DNA of 64,000 nt from Vitrella brassicaformis CCMP3155. Its lineage: Eukaryota; Protista; Chromerida. Made by a program: the position numbers and the translations under genes. Of this stretch, positions 50,962 through 62,473 are shown in pieces. The stretch lies in assembly GCA_001179505.1 (NCBI GenBank), contig CDMY01000307.1, forward strand, positions 62,001 through 126,000. Reading direction: 5' to 3'. The first letter of the stretch is position 1, and each line of letters begins with the position of its first letter. The notes under the pieces were generated by a model that saw nothing but the letters and a program-made list of their open reading frames with translations, made no database searches and was not told the DNA's origin.

Positions 50962-51579
50962 CTCCGCCTCTCTCGAGAACCCGTAGACGTTATTATCGCA
51001 CCGTCTGTCTCCCCTCTGCTCAGCCATGAGCTTCTTCTCCACGTTGTTCCACCTTCAAGCTTTCGACGGCGAATCATTCATTGAGTGATTTGAGTGATTT
51101 TGAGGAGAATGAGTGAATCATTTATCATTCGTGAGTGAGGGGGAGCGAGGCAGGCTATGCAGGCTATGGCAGAGGAGGATAGTGGTAAGCAGGTGAGAGG
51201 TGTGATGTGGTGAGTGACTGTCTCTGCATGATCCATGTGTGTTTTTGGACATTCCATCACTCAATCTGTCGATTGCTCGTCGCATTCCATCATTCATTCT
51301 CCAGTGAATCACTCCTGCTTGTCTGTCTCGCCCAAGCAACGCTCAAGCACTTGCTCTGCTCGCTCTCCTCATCCACGCCGCCGGCCGGGTTGCTTTTTTT
51401 TCTTTTTCCGGGCCAAGCTTGACGCCAGGCGAGTCAGGTGGCCTGCTGCGATGCACTGGTGACTCAGACGGACAAGCAGAAGGCGTGTGAATTGCCTCGC
51501 ATAAATGGGACCTCGGATATATGGGAAACTCGTTATATGGGACACCCTGGGCCGTGTCCCATTTATCCGAGGCCCACTG
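50962..51579. mobile_element. Partial copy of the pogo-like MITE (right ~620 bp with right TIR and TA)
   Basis: Matches 48528-49144 with a few substitutions and has a different right flank. Confidence 0.85.
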
Positions 51580-52235
51580 TATGTTGTTGGGCACGGGGCG
51601 GATGAGGGGGTCATCCTTGTCGAGACATCGGACAGACTCAGTCCAGCTCATTGATGTGTGCCTTACTTGTGTGTCATGCAGGTGATGACACCACCTGTAG
51701 AGGCGCAGGAGCAGCCTGCCGCGGGAGAGGACGGCGATGGTGACGCGACGGACACCGCACAAGAGGGGTTGGGGCTCGTAGCGACGAGCCGATGCCCTCA
51801 CTCAACGGGGCACCGAAGGTGCGCACAGCACAAGAGATACACAGAGAGAGAGAGAGAGAGTGAGTGGTGTCAGGGAGGGAGGCGGACACGCCTCGCTTGT
51901 CTGTGGACGTGTCCATGCAGGAAGCGAGCAGTGGGCTAAAGAGCGCGTCAACATGATAGGGCAGGCACTCACTGGCAGTCCGCCTCCGAGATCGGGGTAG
52001 GGTTCCCGTTCCCCAAGGCACCTCCCAAGCGAAGTGAGCAAGATAATCGAGCTCACTCACGAAAGGCCATGCACGCCGGCATGTGTTTGCTTTTGTCAGG
52101 GGATACCTTCAAGCGCACGCGTCTGGACACGTCGCGCAACGGAGGCGACCGCAACGGTACAACAGACACATCGGCCCGCCAATCGCCGCCCATGAGTGCA
52201 TACCTGTGTGTCATTCAGGCCACTTCGGGTCGAGC

Positions 52236-52535
52236 NNNNNNNNNNNNNNNNNNNNNNNNNNNNNNNNNNNNNNNNNNNNNNNNNNNNNNNNNNNNNNNNN
52301 NNNNNNNNNNNNNNNNNNNNNNNNNNNNNNNNNNNNNNNNNNNNNNNNNNNNNNNNNNNNNNNNNNNNNNNNNNNNNNNNNNNNNNNNNNNNNNNNNNNN
52401 NNNNNNNNNNNNNNNNNNNNNNNNNNNNNNNNNNNNNNNNNNNNNNNNNNNNNNNNNNNNNNNNNNNNNNNNNNNNNNNNNNNNNNNNNNNNNNNNNNNN
52501 NNNNNNNNNNNNNNNNNNNNNNNNNNNNNNNNNNN
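52236..52535. other. Assembly gap (300 N)
   Basis: Run of N. Confidence 1.
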
Positions 52536-53141
52536 TCGAGAACCGTAGACATTATCATCGCACCGTCTGTTTCCCCTCTGCTCAGCCATGAGCTTCTTCT
52601 CCACGTTGTTCCACCTTCAAGCTTTCGACGGCGAATCATTCATTGAGTGATTTGAGTGATTTTGAGGAGAATGAGTGAATCATTTATCATTCGTGAGTGA
52701 GGGGGAGCGAGGCAGGCTATGCAGGCTATGGCAGAGGAGGATAGTGGTAAGCAGGTGAGAGGTGTGATGTGGTGAGTGACTGTCTCTGCATGATCCATGT
52801 GTGTTTTTGGACATTCCATCACTCAATCTGTCGATTGCTCGTCGCATTCCATCATTCATTCTCCAGTGAATCACTCCTGCTTGTCTGTCTCGCCCAAGCA
52901 ACGCTCAAGCACTTGCTCTGCTCGCTCTCCTCATCCACGCCGCCGGCCGGGTTGCTTTTTTTTCTTTTTCCGGGCCAAGCTTGACGCCAGGCGAGTCAGG
53001 TGGCCTGCTGCGATGCACTGGTGACTCAGACGGACAAGCAGAAGGCGTGTGAATTGCCTCGCATAAATGGGACCTCGGATATATGGGAAACTCGTTATAT
53101 GGGACACCCTGGACCGTGTCCCATTTATCCGAGGCCCACTG
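52536..53141. mobile_element. Partial MITE copy, probably the same locus as 48108-49144 assembled twice
   Basis: Appears identical to the right part of the first copy, including the following ~43 bp of flank (TAGTACGTAGGCCCCCACCCCGACC...). Confidence 0.75.
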
Positions 53142-53844
53142 TAGTACGTAGGCCCCCACCCCGACCTTCATGTATACTGTGGTGAGACACACCTACCCCG
53201 ACACACCATTGCTTGTTGCTTGTTCTGTGTGAGTGAGTGAGTGAGTGAGAGATATCGATGGGTGGGTGGCTGGGTGATTGAATGGATGGATGGGCTGCAA
53301 GTGGTGAATCAGTTGCTGGCTCATTTTCGCTCTTTGTGCTGCTATGCGTTGAAAACGAACACATACATTGACTCATTCAATCATTCGTTGACCCATTCAT
53401 TCACTCATTCATTCACTTCCTGGCCATTCTCGAGTCTGTTTTGAATGAGAAGGAGTCTGTTTCCCGTGAGAATGTGTTCCACCCACCTGATCGCACAGAC
53501 AGACGAGGACACTTCGTGATGCCTCCCGTCGCTCTGGCCCAATCAGGTGCGCACTGCTGCACACCAACCGCATTCATGAGATTCGCAAACCCTACTCATA
53601 ATTAGGGTTCAGCTGAGCACCTCAGCCACCGCCCCGCCCCCCTGCAATGGGAAAAAGCCTCCCGGCAGCGATCGGCAATGAATGCGAGCTTAGATTGAAA
53701 GAGGGAGGAGAGAGAGCAGGAGAGAGGCTCACAAGAAGGCCACACACTCAGCCAGGAGTAGCCAGAACACAACAACCAAAGCCGCAGCATTGTGTCTGCT
53801 CGCGGTCTCGGGCAGGACGACTTGTGTTTCCGCGTGTTGTTTCG

Positions 53845-54469
53845 ATGGTGTGGGACGTCGGAGGGCCTAATGTGGAGGAGGTGGACTTATGGCTCTACGA
53901 CGTGACGGAGGCCAAGCTGCAGGGCATAGCCAGATCCCTCCTGGACGTCGACCATCTCTCCCCGGCGGACTCAGAGAAGCAGCCCTACTACCCGCCGAGG
54001 GGTGAACTGTGTGACGAGCGCCTTGTGGTGTCGCTGGTGTGCCGTCACGACTGTCACGACCGCCGTTACGACAGCAAGACGGCCACACCTCTGAATGTCG
54101 TGTTCGTCGTCAACACAGGTATCAGGGTGTGTGCGTGTCTGTGTGCGTTGGTCTGTGTGTCTGTCTGTCTGTCTGTCTGTGTGTGCAGGGGTGTGGGGAT
54201 CGTACCTCAGCGAGAAGACCATGAATGCCCTCAAGGGCGGTGTCAAGTGCGGCTCAGACGCATTCATGGCGGTGCGGATAGAAAACATTGCCTTCCACGT
54301 CTGGCGCTCGCACGGCCACTTCGTCGAGGCCAACGTGCTGGGGATGGGGGCGCTGCGGAAGCTCGGGTGGTCGCCGCTGATCGACTGGAAGGGCGAGTCC
54401 TTTGTGCTCGACAACGCTGGCCTGTACGGCAAAGGTGAGAGCGGCAAAGCATCCAGCTCGAGCGAATGA
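53845..54469 (+). CDS. Retropepsin-like (clan AA) aspartic-protease-family protein, catalytic Asp replaced by Asn; start uncertain
   Basis: DLWLYDVT...LDVDHLS, RLVVSLVCR, NVVFVVNTG|VWGSYLSEKTM.AL, SHGHFVEANVLGM. One intron at ~54118-54188. Confidence 0.6.
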
Positions 54470-54739
54470 GGCAGTGAAGCCTGCCGCCTGTCTTTGCTGA
54501 GGAACAGTCGTGGGCGAAGGCAGGCAGGCCGCACACACACACACACACGTCTGCACTGTGTTGAGCACGAGCTGATGTGATATGTGTAACTTTGTCCGAC
54601 ACTGTGTGTGGTGGGTGGCTGGAAATATGACGCACCCATGATGCTTGACTTGGTGAGCGAGCCGATTGACCCGCTGTATGTTCCGCGTTGCCTGTCTTTG
54701 CGCCGACTGGTGGGGTGGGTGACAGACGCCGGTGTACTG

Positions 54740-55720
54740 ATAAGGCCAATTGTTCGGCCGATTGACACATCACTATGTGCTCTTCAGTGTCTGCCATCAC
54801 CCACTCCCCCGCCCAGCCTAGCTGCCTGTCTGCCACATTGTGACGCACACACCACATGGACGAGCACACTTGCTGTCTGTCTGTGTTGGTGTGTGGCTGA
54901 TGTGATGCCTTCTCGTCGCTCTGCCCTCATCACGTGACTGGTTCCTTGTCTGCTCTGTCGCAACAGACAGGGAATTGGTGACGCGACTGCAGCAAAGCGC
55001 CAAGAGTGAGTGCATCAGACATCCACCCACCCACTCACTCACTCCCTGACTCACTCACCCACTCACTCACACAATCACTAATTCGCCGCTGCTTGCTATT
55101 CACAGATGCCTGCAGGACACACACCGTGTTCTCCCTTCTCCCTCCACCCAGCTGCCTGTATGGTCGCCGAGACACCACACCCTACTACATAACAAACGCA
55201 GACCCACCCACACATACTCTCCCTCGCCCAATAGATGTCATGGGCTTGTGCTGGCTTGTTGAGTCCATCATCGTGGTAAGGCCAATTGTTCGGCCGAATG
55301 ACACACCACAATGTAATGTGCCGAAATATGTGAGTGAGAGTGTTCTCATTCGTTGTCTGCCATCACCCACTCCCCCGCCCAGCCTGTCTGCCACATTGTG
55401 ACGCACACACCACACGGACGAGGACACTTGCTGTCTGTCGGTGTTTGGTGTGTGGCTGATGTGATGCCTTCTCGCCGCTCTGACCCCATCAGGTGACCGG
55501 CTCCCTGTCTGCTGTCAAACACATGCAAGAGAACGGTGACCCGATTGCCGAGCAGCGCCAAGACTGCATCTCACTCACTCACGCAGTCACTAATTCGCCG
55601 CCGCTTGCTATTAACAGGTGCAAACAGCTGTCCGCTCGCCGAAAACACCACACCCTACTACATAACGCAGACCCGGCCCACCCACAAAACGACGAACAAA
55701 TACTCTCTCCCTCGCCGATG
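54740..55720. repeat. Degenerate tandem duplication, ~540-bp period, non-coding
   Basis: Shared blocks TAAGGCCAATTGTTCGGCCGA, GTCTGCCACATTGTGACGCACACACCAC, GGCTGATGTGATGCCTTCTCG, CACTAATTCGCCGC and ACACCACACCCTACTACATAAC occur in both units. Confidence 0.8.
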
Positions 55721-55733
55721 ATCGATCACTACA

Positions 55734-57492
55734 CTAGCCACTCAGCAACTTCCTCTCGCCGCCTCTCTGCAGCGCCCTCCTCTCCAGCCCTTTGAGAATG
55801 TGCCCTGCCCTCGCGTCCAGTTTGAGCACCATGTCGCCCAGCCCCTCCCTCTCGAGCCGCGTCACGCCCTTGTTGACGATGGCCACGGGCACCTCACGGT
55901 CCAGCGCCAGCTTCACCAGCCTGTAGGCTGTCACGCACACACACATACAGACAGGCAGGGCAGCCAAGTGACGAGTGGAGGCGTGCACTGCACGTGGGTG
56001 TGGTGTGTGTATGTGTGTGTCTGTGGGTACCTGAGAAGACTTCGAGTGACGATCCCACAACCAGGAGGCCCTCGGCATTCTCTACCTGCTTGTTCACCTG
56101 CACATACACAGAGACGGACGCACACACTAGTCCGCGTGAATATCTCTTATTATGTTGTAGGCGTGCATCCGCACCGTACCTGTCGTTTGATTGCCGGCGA
56201 CACCACATCGCCGAAAAAGATCACAGCTGGTTTGAGCATCCCCCCACACCTGCGACGCGCCGCGCCCAGGGACCCCCCCACACACACAGGGACCCACACA
56301 GGGGAGGGATGCACTCGTATACACACACATGGGATGGGTGTCCTTCCTGTGTCTTAGAACTGCACCGCTGGCACGTTGGCACGGTGAAGGAGCCGTAGTC
56401 GACAATGTCGTCCAGATTAGCGTCCCCATCCGCCCGCAGCCGATGGGCGTCCAAATTCTGCAGTTCTTCGCCGAGACCATGCCTGCGCCAAACCCAGTTG
56501 ACCAACACGAGTCAGATGAGGGGTCCGGGGCCGTTCGTTCGTCCGTGTGTGTGCGGCTACCTCCCGATCCAGCGCTCGTTGAGCAGGAGCAATTGCGTCT
56601 GGAAGGCCTTGCGTGACAGCTGGTGACCACAATTCATGCACACCACCCTGTCGCTCCGCCCATGCAGGTCAAGCACATTCCTCGAGCCAGCCTATACCAC
56701 GTCACACACACACACACACACAAAACAGGTGCCTCATGAGCATGGATCCACGAGTGTCTCGAGTGTAGGGATTCCCACTTTTTGGTGCAGCCTGTCGACA
56801 TTCTGTGTGACGATGCCCTCGACCGCCCCCGCAGCCTCCAGCCGCGCCAAGGCGATGTGCGCGTCGTTGGGCTTGGCCAGGGCAAAAGCCCCGTAGCCGA
56901 ACATCGAGCGGGCCCAGTAGCGTTGGCGACTCCAGGGGTTGAATATGTACTCGTCATGCTGGATGGGCCTGTGGCCTCTCGAGTAGCTGCCTGTCGGCCC
57001 TCGATAGTCCGGAATGCCACTCTCTGTCGAACACCCAGCCCTGACAGACAGACAGAGAGATCAACAGCACCGTAGGTATACACACGTGTGTGTGTGTGTG
57101 TGTGAGTGTGTGTGTGTTCCATAATCTCACCCGGTGATGACTTGCAGCCGTTGGGTCTCCCGAAGGAAATCATAAAGCTGCTCCACCTGATCATCGCCAG
57201 ACACGTCCTCAGGCAGCCCCTCAGCCATCTCAGCATCATCAGCCATAGCCGCTGGGGCAGCTGGAACAAGCAGCTCTGGCCGGGCAGGCACGGTGCTCAT
57301 CATGCTCCTGCTCTCCCTGCGCCTCCGAGCTGGCAGCAATGGGCTCCTGTGGAAGCATGTGGCCACCGTCCGCCACCGCGAGTGCGCCGGATGGTGCAGG
57401 AAGGCCATGATCCGCCTGAGGTCGATGCCAAACAAGAGGAGAATGCAGCGGGCGGTGGAGCTGAACGTGGCAGCTCTTCGACGGCGTCTCAT
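55734..57492 (-). CDS. SIRT4: Class II (SIRT4-like) mitochondrial sirtuin; alternative start 57408
   Basis: ITGAGVSTESGIPDYRG, RQRYWARS..G, PN.AH.AL, TQNVDRLH, LHG, RADGD, LKP.V.FFGD, LLVVGSSL.VFSG.R. Arg-rich presequence. Confidence 0.93.
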
Positions 57493-57833
57493 AACCAGGA
57501 TGATCTCCCTCTGGCACTTCAAGCTTTAAGCTCGCAAGGCGCGAGCGATCCAAAATGTGATCTAATTAATCTTCCCTTGGTCCCCAACCTCTTGTCGCGT
57601 CTTGCGCTCTCAAGTGCCAAAGCCGCATACAGAAGGTAGGCGTGAGTCGTGAATCGGTGTCGATTTTCCTGGACAAAACGTGTTTGTTGTCTGTGGTGTG
57701 CTGTGCGCTGGAAAAGGGTGCTTATCTACCGACAACACGTTCGCAGGTCAGCACCAGGCGCCTTTGAACAACCAAAGGGGACCACGAGTGTGTGGTCTGT
57801 CTTTCAGGAAAAGACGCCTCAGAGGCCATCGAC

Positions 57834-60557
57834 ATGTCATTGAGCGGACATCTCCCCCTTCGGACTCAAATCGTCAGAGGCCTCACAGCCTCGCTCGTCC
57901 CAATCTACGGCCGGGCGTCAGTCGATGAAGACCATGCGGACGATGCTACGTCATTCAGGACGCCAGGGTGGCGCTTCTCAGGAACAAACAGCCGCCGAAC
58001 CTCCACTCAAACCTCACACAGACAGAGCAGGACGTCGAGGACCTCTCGCACGTCGCGAGACGAAGAGGGTCTCCGCCAGGCCGACGTGGAAGCGGCAGCC
58101 CCCTTTCTTCTCGGCGGGCTTTCGCTGTCGCAAGGGGACATTGCTGATATTGCTGAGGGGGCCGAAGGGGAGGAAAATGGCGATGATGAGCTCGACGCCG
58201 CGGGAACTGTAAGCCCACAGCCACAGCCTGCAGGGGGTGACAGGGATGATGTCGGACCTGTCGAGGAGGAGTTAACACCGGCCCGTCGAGCTTCGCTGAC
58301 AAGATATTCTCTTGGGGGCCAAGGGCTGCAGGGCACGGCTGGGTTCCTCGCTCAGATGCTCGGCAATGCGATGGAGAGGGCGCCCGACGCAATTGAGGCG
58401 TCGAATGTCCGGCTGCCAAGGGCGCCTACACAGTCCCGGTCGGTCGGACAAGATGAGGACCGCCTCGATCACACACATACCGAACCGGTGAGTAAGACGG
58501 ACACGTGGTCCTTTTTTCTCACCTTCCATATTTTTCTCTGTTGCAGCACTGCCGCTCGTTTGGGCCTGGATGTGTCGCTGACTGAAGGGCTCGAGATCGA
58601 TATAGGAGCCCGGCGCGCCCTGGGGGCTACAACAGACCAGATAAGAGAGGACCCGGCAGTCCTTGGTGCGGGCCTCGAAGCATTTCCTTTTTTCACCCCC
58701 TCGTGCTGCGGCTCGGCCGTCGTCTTCTGTGTGGTTTATGTGGGTGTGGCGGTCGGGAGCGCCCTGCTGGCAGGAACGGACGAGACCTTGGGCAGGATGC
58801 TGCTGGCCGTCACCCCCAGTATCCTCATCCTCTCCTACTTCACTCTCATCTATCGCCGTCACGTATTCCTTACCCAAATGCTCTACACCTTTCTCGAGGC
58901 CATCGGCTGGATGATCCCAGTTGTTTGCGTGCGCGTGCTGGTGGAGTGGGCGATGGCGTCACACGTGCAGCGATGGATGGACGAGCGAAACGAGACGGCC
59001 CTCATCCTGTGGGCCCTTGTCGAGGCGTACATTCTCGCGGCTTTGATGGAAGAGAGCCTCAAGTACGTCTGTGCTCGCCGGGTGCTTTGGAAAGATCATG
59101 TAGCTGATCCGCGAAGTCTTATTGGATATTCGCTGGCCGCAGGTAGAGCACCAAAGGAGGAAAGACCGCGTACCTACTCGTGTCTTCTTCCCTATCGTGT
59201 GCCTGTGTCCAGCAAACGGCTTCGCCCTGGTCGAAAACTGGCTGTACATCTTCTCAGACAGCAATGAGAGCAGTGTGCTGGGGCTGCCCGAGGCCTCTGT
59301 GGCGGGAGTGCTGAGGATGCTGATCTCTGTCCCAGGACACTCACTGACCGGTACACCCATTGCCAGGCAGGACCGATGGCTGGTCAACCCTGTTTATGGT
59401 TTGTGTGCAGGCATCATCATTGGCGCGATTCTGGGAAGGCGGAAATTCCTTGGCAAGTACTTTCAGACGCGATTCTATCGAATCATGGTCAGCTGAGACA
59501 CAAGACGAAGGAGCCACCCTCGCGGAAAATGTGTCTCCCTCTCCAGGTTTGGCCCATCCTCATTCACGGCACATACAACTTCGTGTTGGTCGTCACCCAC
59601 ATGTACCGGCTCGAGTGGTCCCTCGGCCTGGCAATCGCCCTCGCCCTCCTGCTGGCGGCCTTCTTCTACTCGCGGCACATCCTGCTGGAGCTCAAACGGG
59701 TCCCACTGGTGGACGTCCATCGGCTGTGGCGCAAGGGCGATGTCATGAGCCCCGATTGCTGCTGCGGCGTGCTGCTCTTCAGCGGCTGCCGCGCCGCCAT
59801 GGCCGACATTATCCACCCTGACGGCCCTACTGACGCTCATCCACACACCCAACTGACGGACCCCTTCATGAGCCCCGGATCGACGCACACGTTCGGCAGA
59901 GGGCAGACATCCTTCGAATCGAGTGTCAATGCGTCCCTCCCCCTGCCGTCCTTCACACCGCTCCCCTCCTTCACGCCGCGTGATGCCGCAGTCGCCGGCC
60001 CTGCCCTCAGCAAGAAAGGGTCCAATGTGGTGCTCAGCAAGCCTGCCTCGTCCGTCACGATCGGCGCCACGAGCAACAGGAGCCAGGCCACGTCGATCGT
60101 GAGTCAAGTGCCCAGCTTCACCCAGCATAGAGGCCGCATCTGCGCGCAGCTGCAGCAAGCATCCACAATGAGCGACACAGCCAGCAATGCAGGCGATGCC
60201 ACCCTCACGCCGCAGCGAACCACCCGATGGGCATCGATCATCGAGCGAATGCTGGGACAGGGAAACGAGCAGCACCCCACCCAGCGTGCTCGCGTGCGCA
60301 CGGTGGTGTTCCAGCTCGTGTGTCCTTACTGCAAGAACGCCCTCATCGTGCACAACGTGCTGCTGACCGAGGTGACGTGCCCATTCTGCCACGAGCAGTT
60401 TGCGGTGGAGAATGCGGGCAGGAAGGAGTATGGGTTCATGCACACACTGCTGGAGGAGATTCACGAGGAGCAGGAGGAGCACATGTACAACAATGAGGAC
60501 GACAGGCGCAGCCACAGCAGCAGCGCGGCCAGTGCCGTGGGCAGCGTGCGCAGGTGA
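57834..60557 (+). CDS. prsW: PrsW-family (M82) intramembrane protease with long N-terminal extension and C-terminal zinc ribbon
   Basis: Multiple TM helices with LMEESLK, GFALVENWLY, VPGHSLTG and LIHGTYN motifs. C-terminal CPYC-x15-CPFC. Confidence 0.85.
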
Positions 60558-60838
60558 AAGTGTGTGCCTATATGTCCGTGTCTCGTATTTTCTCGTGCCT
60601 CCCTGCCTGATCTGACTGACATTGCTTTGCTCACTGGACTTTGGCTGGGGCGGGAGACTTTCCTTTTTCCCTCAGTGACATGGCATTCATTGCAAACACA
60701 ATGCCCTACTATGCATTGCCCAAAGCGTACATACGCATCCGTCCAAAAGTCCTCTGACCCACAAGACCACTCGCTGTCTCACTCGCTGTCTCACTCATAT
60801 CAGCGAGGCCCAGAACTGACTCACTGAGTAGTCGAAGT

Positions 60839-62097
60839 CTAGTAGGCAGGCGGCTGCTGTTGGATAAGGACCATTTGCTTCCCGGCCGGCTGAGCAGAGG
60901 TGGCAACGTACGGCTGCGAAGGCTGGGTTGGCTGGCCGAGGACAGTCCCCGGCATCAGCACCATTGGCTGCACTTGACCCGGCGTCAGCATCATCCCCGC
61001 TCCAGGCTGTGGCAACGCGGTTGGCGTGATTGGGGGCATGTCCTTCTTGAAGCCGTGTGCCCTGATGGGGTCAAAAACCATGGCGGGAGAGGGCAGGGAG
61101 ATGGATGCATTCAGCTGACCGCATGACGTGTCGATACTCCTGACAGAAGGTGCTGTCAGAGATATACATCCCAACAGAAGGTCAGCTGAATATGTCTGGC
61201 TATTGTCTGTCCACTGTTTTTCTGTCTGTCTGTCTGTCCGCTGTCTGTCTGCCGATCCTCACCAAGGGCCGCACCAGAAGACACAGCAGCAGTCCTGAAG
61301 CGGCAAGAAAACGGGCAATGAGAATGGTGCAGAGACACGACTCTGATGCGTCCTCACCTGGGCACAATCCAGCGGCTCGATCTTATAATACCTGACGTCG
61401 ACGCACCACAGAAGACGATCGGCAGAAATGAGTAGTAGAAGTCCCTCTTAGCTGAGCAGCTGCCTTACGCTCGCAGCTTGGTCCGGTAGTGAAGGTTGAG
61501 GACCAGCAATACGATGGCAAACACCACAGACACCACGCTGAACATCCAGCCGGCGATCCGATTCGGGCTGATGTTAGGGATGTAGAAGAGAGCTTGCTGG
61601 ACAATCGATATCACCCACGAGATCATCCATAGGGTGAAGAACAACCAGAAGCCTGCGGCAGCACATAGGAGAGAGACCACCCGTGGTGACAAAGGGCGAA
61701 AGGCCGTGTTTCTTGCCCGTGCTCCATCGGAGAATCTTTGTCTCGTCCAGGGGCCACGCCTACAGCCATCCATGTGGGAGCGAGTGAGGTAGAGGGACAA
61801 ATCGAGGGTCGTCGTGTGGGCTTCTGCACATCTTGAAGTAGGCAAAAATTGGGTTGATTACGAGGCCGACGGTGCCCCAAAAACAGCTAGAGCCGTCGCT
61901 TCCACAGTCGAACACGCCATCAGACCAACGACCTGCATGCAGCACGGATCAAGACTTAGTCTTGTTCGTGCGTCTTCTCTTGCCCGCCCACCCTGCCATT
62001 CGTGGTCTCGTGGGTCGAAAGCCTGCCCTCCTCCGCGGGAGGGCCCATACGTAACGACGGGTGCTGGCAGGGGAGTCGGCTGGCCGGAATATACCAT
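60839..62097 (-). CDS. PLAC8/Cys-rich membrane protein, tandem copy 1
   Basis: GRWSDGVFDCGSD, two TM helices, RTKLR.YY.I, DCCCVFWCGPC.TFCQEYRHV. Pro/Gln-rich tail. Confidence 0.8.
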
Positions 62098-62473
62098 GAT
62101 ACGGAAGGAAACAGGAAGGGGAAGAGGGGAAAATGTCTGTGAAGTCTCGGGGCCTCAAGTCGGGGCCTCGGTCAATACCAGAATTTCTTTGCAGCCCTCT
62201 TTTTCCTTCAGTAGTGATTCGCACAAAAGATCCCATGCAGACCCACTGAATTCATGCCTCCGAGGGACCTCTGATCTGAGTGAGCGTTTGCTCTCTGAGC
62301 CTCTCTGACATTATGTTCTGATCTACGTGCGACTCATCTTGTGAGACGTTCGTGTGTCTACACTGAGACATGATTCATCATAAATCTACATTGAAGCTAA
62401 CAACAGAGGCTACGACAAGACACTGACTAATTACCTACGCATACATCACATTGAGGGCTGGGAGGGCGCCAGA

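Larger units (their letters stand above)
47814..53478. mobile_element. Putative TIR element: 64-bp inverted repeats flanked by CCAC, host to the pogo-like MITE
   Basis: 47814-47877 is the reverse complement of 53415-53478 (63/64 identical). CCAC lies outside both ends. The true size is probably ~0.6 kb plus the insert (see assembly caveat). Confidence 0.55.

Noticed and set aside
49488-52235. Plus-strand exon-like fragments around the partial MITE copy
   Set aside because: GT-AG bounded pieces exist, but no consistent reading frame or domain could be assembled and the contig is gap-bounded.
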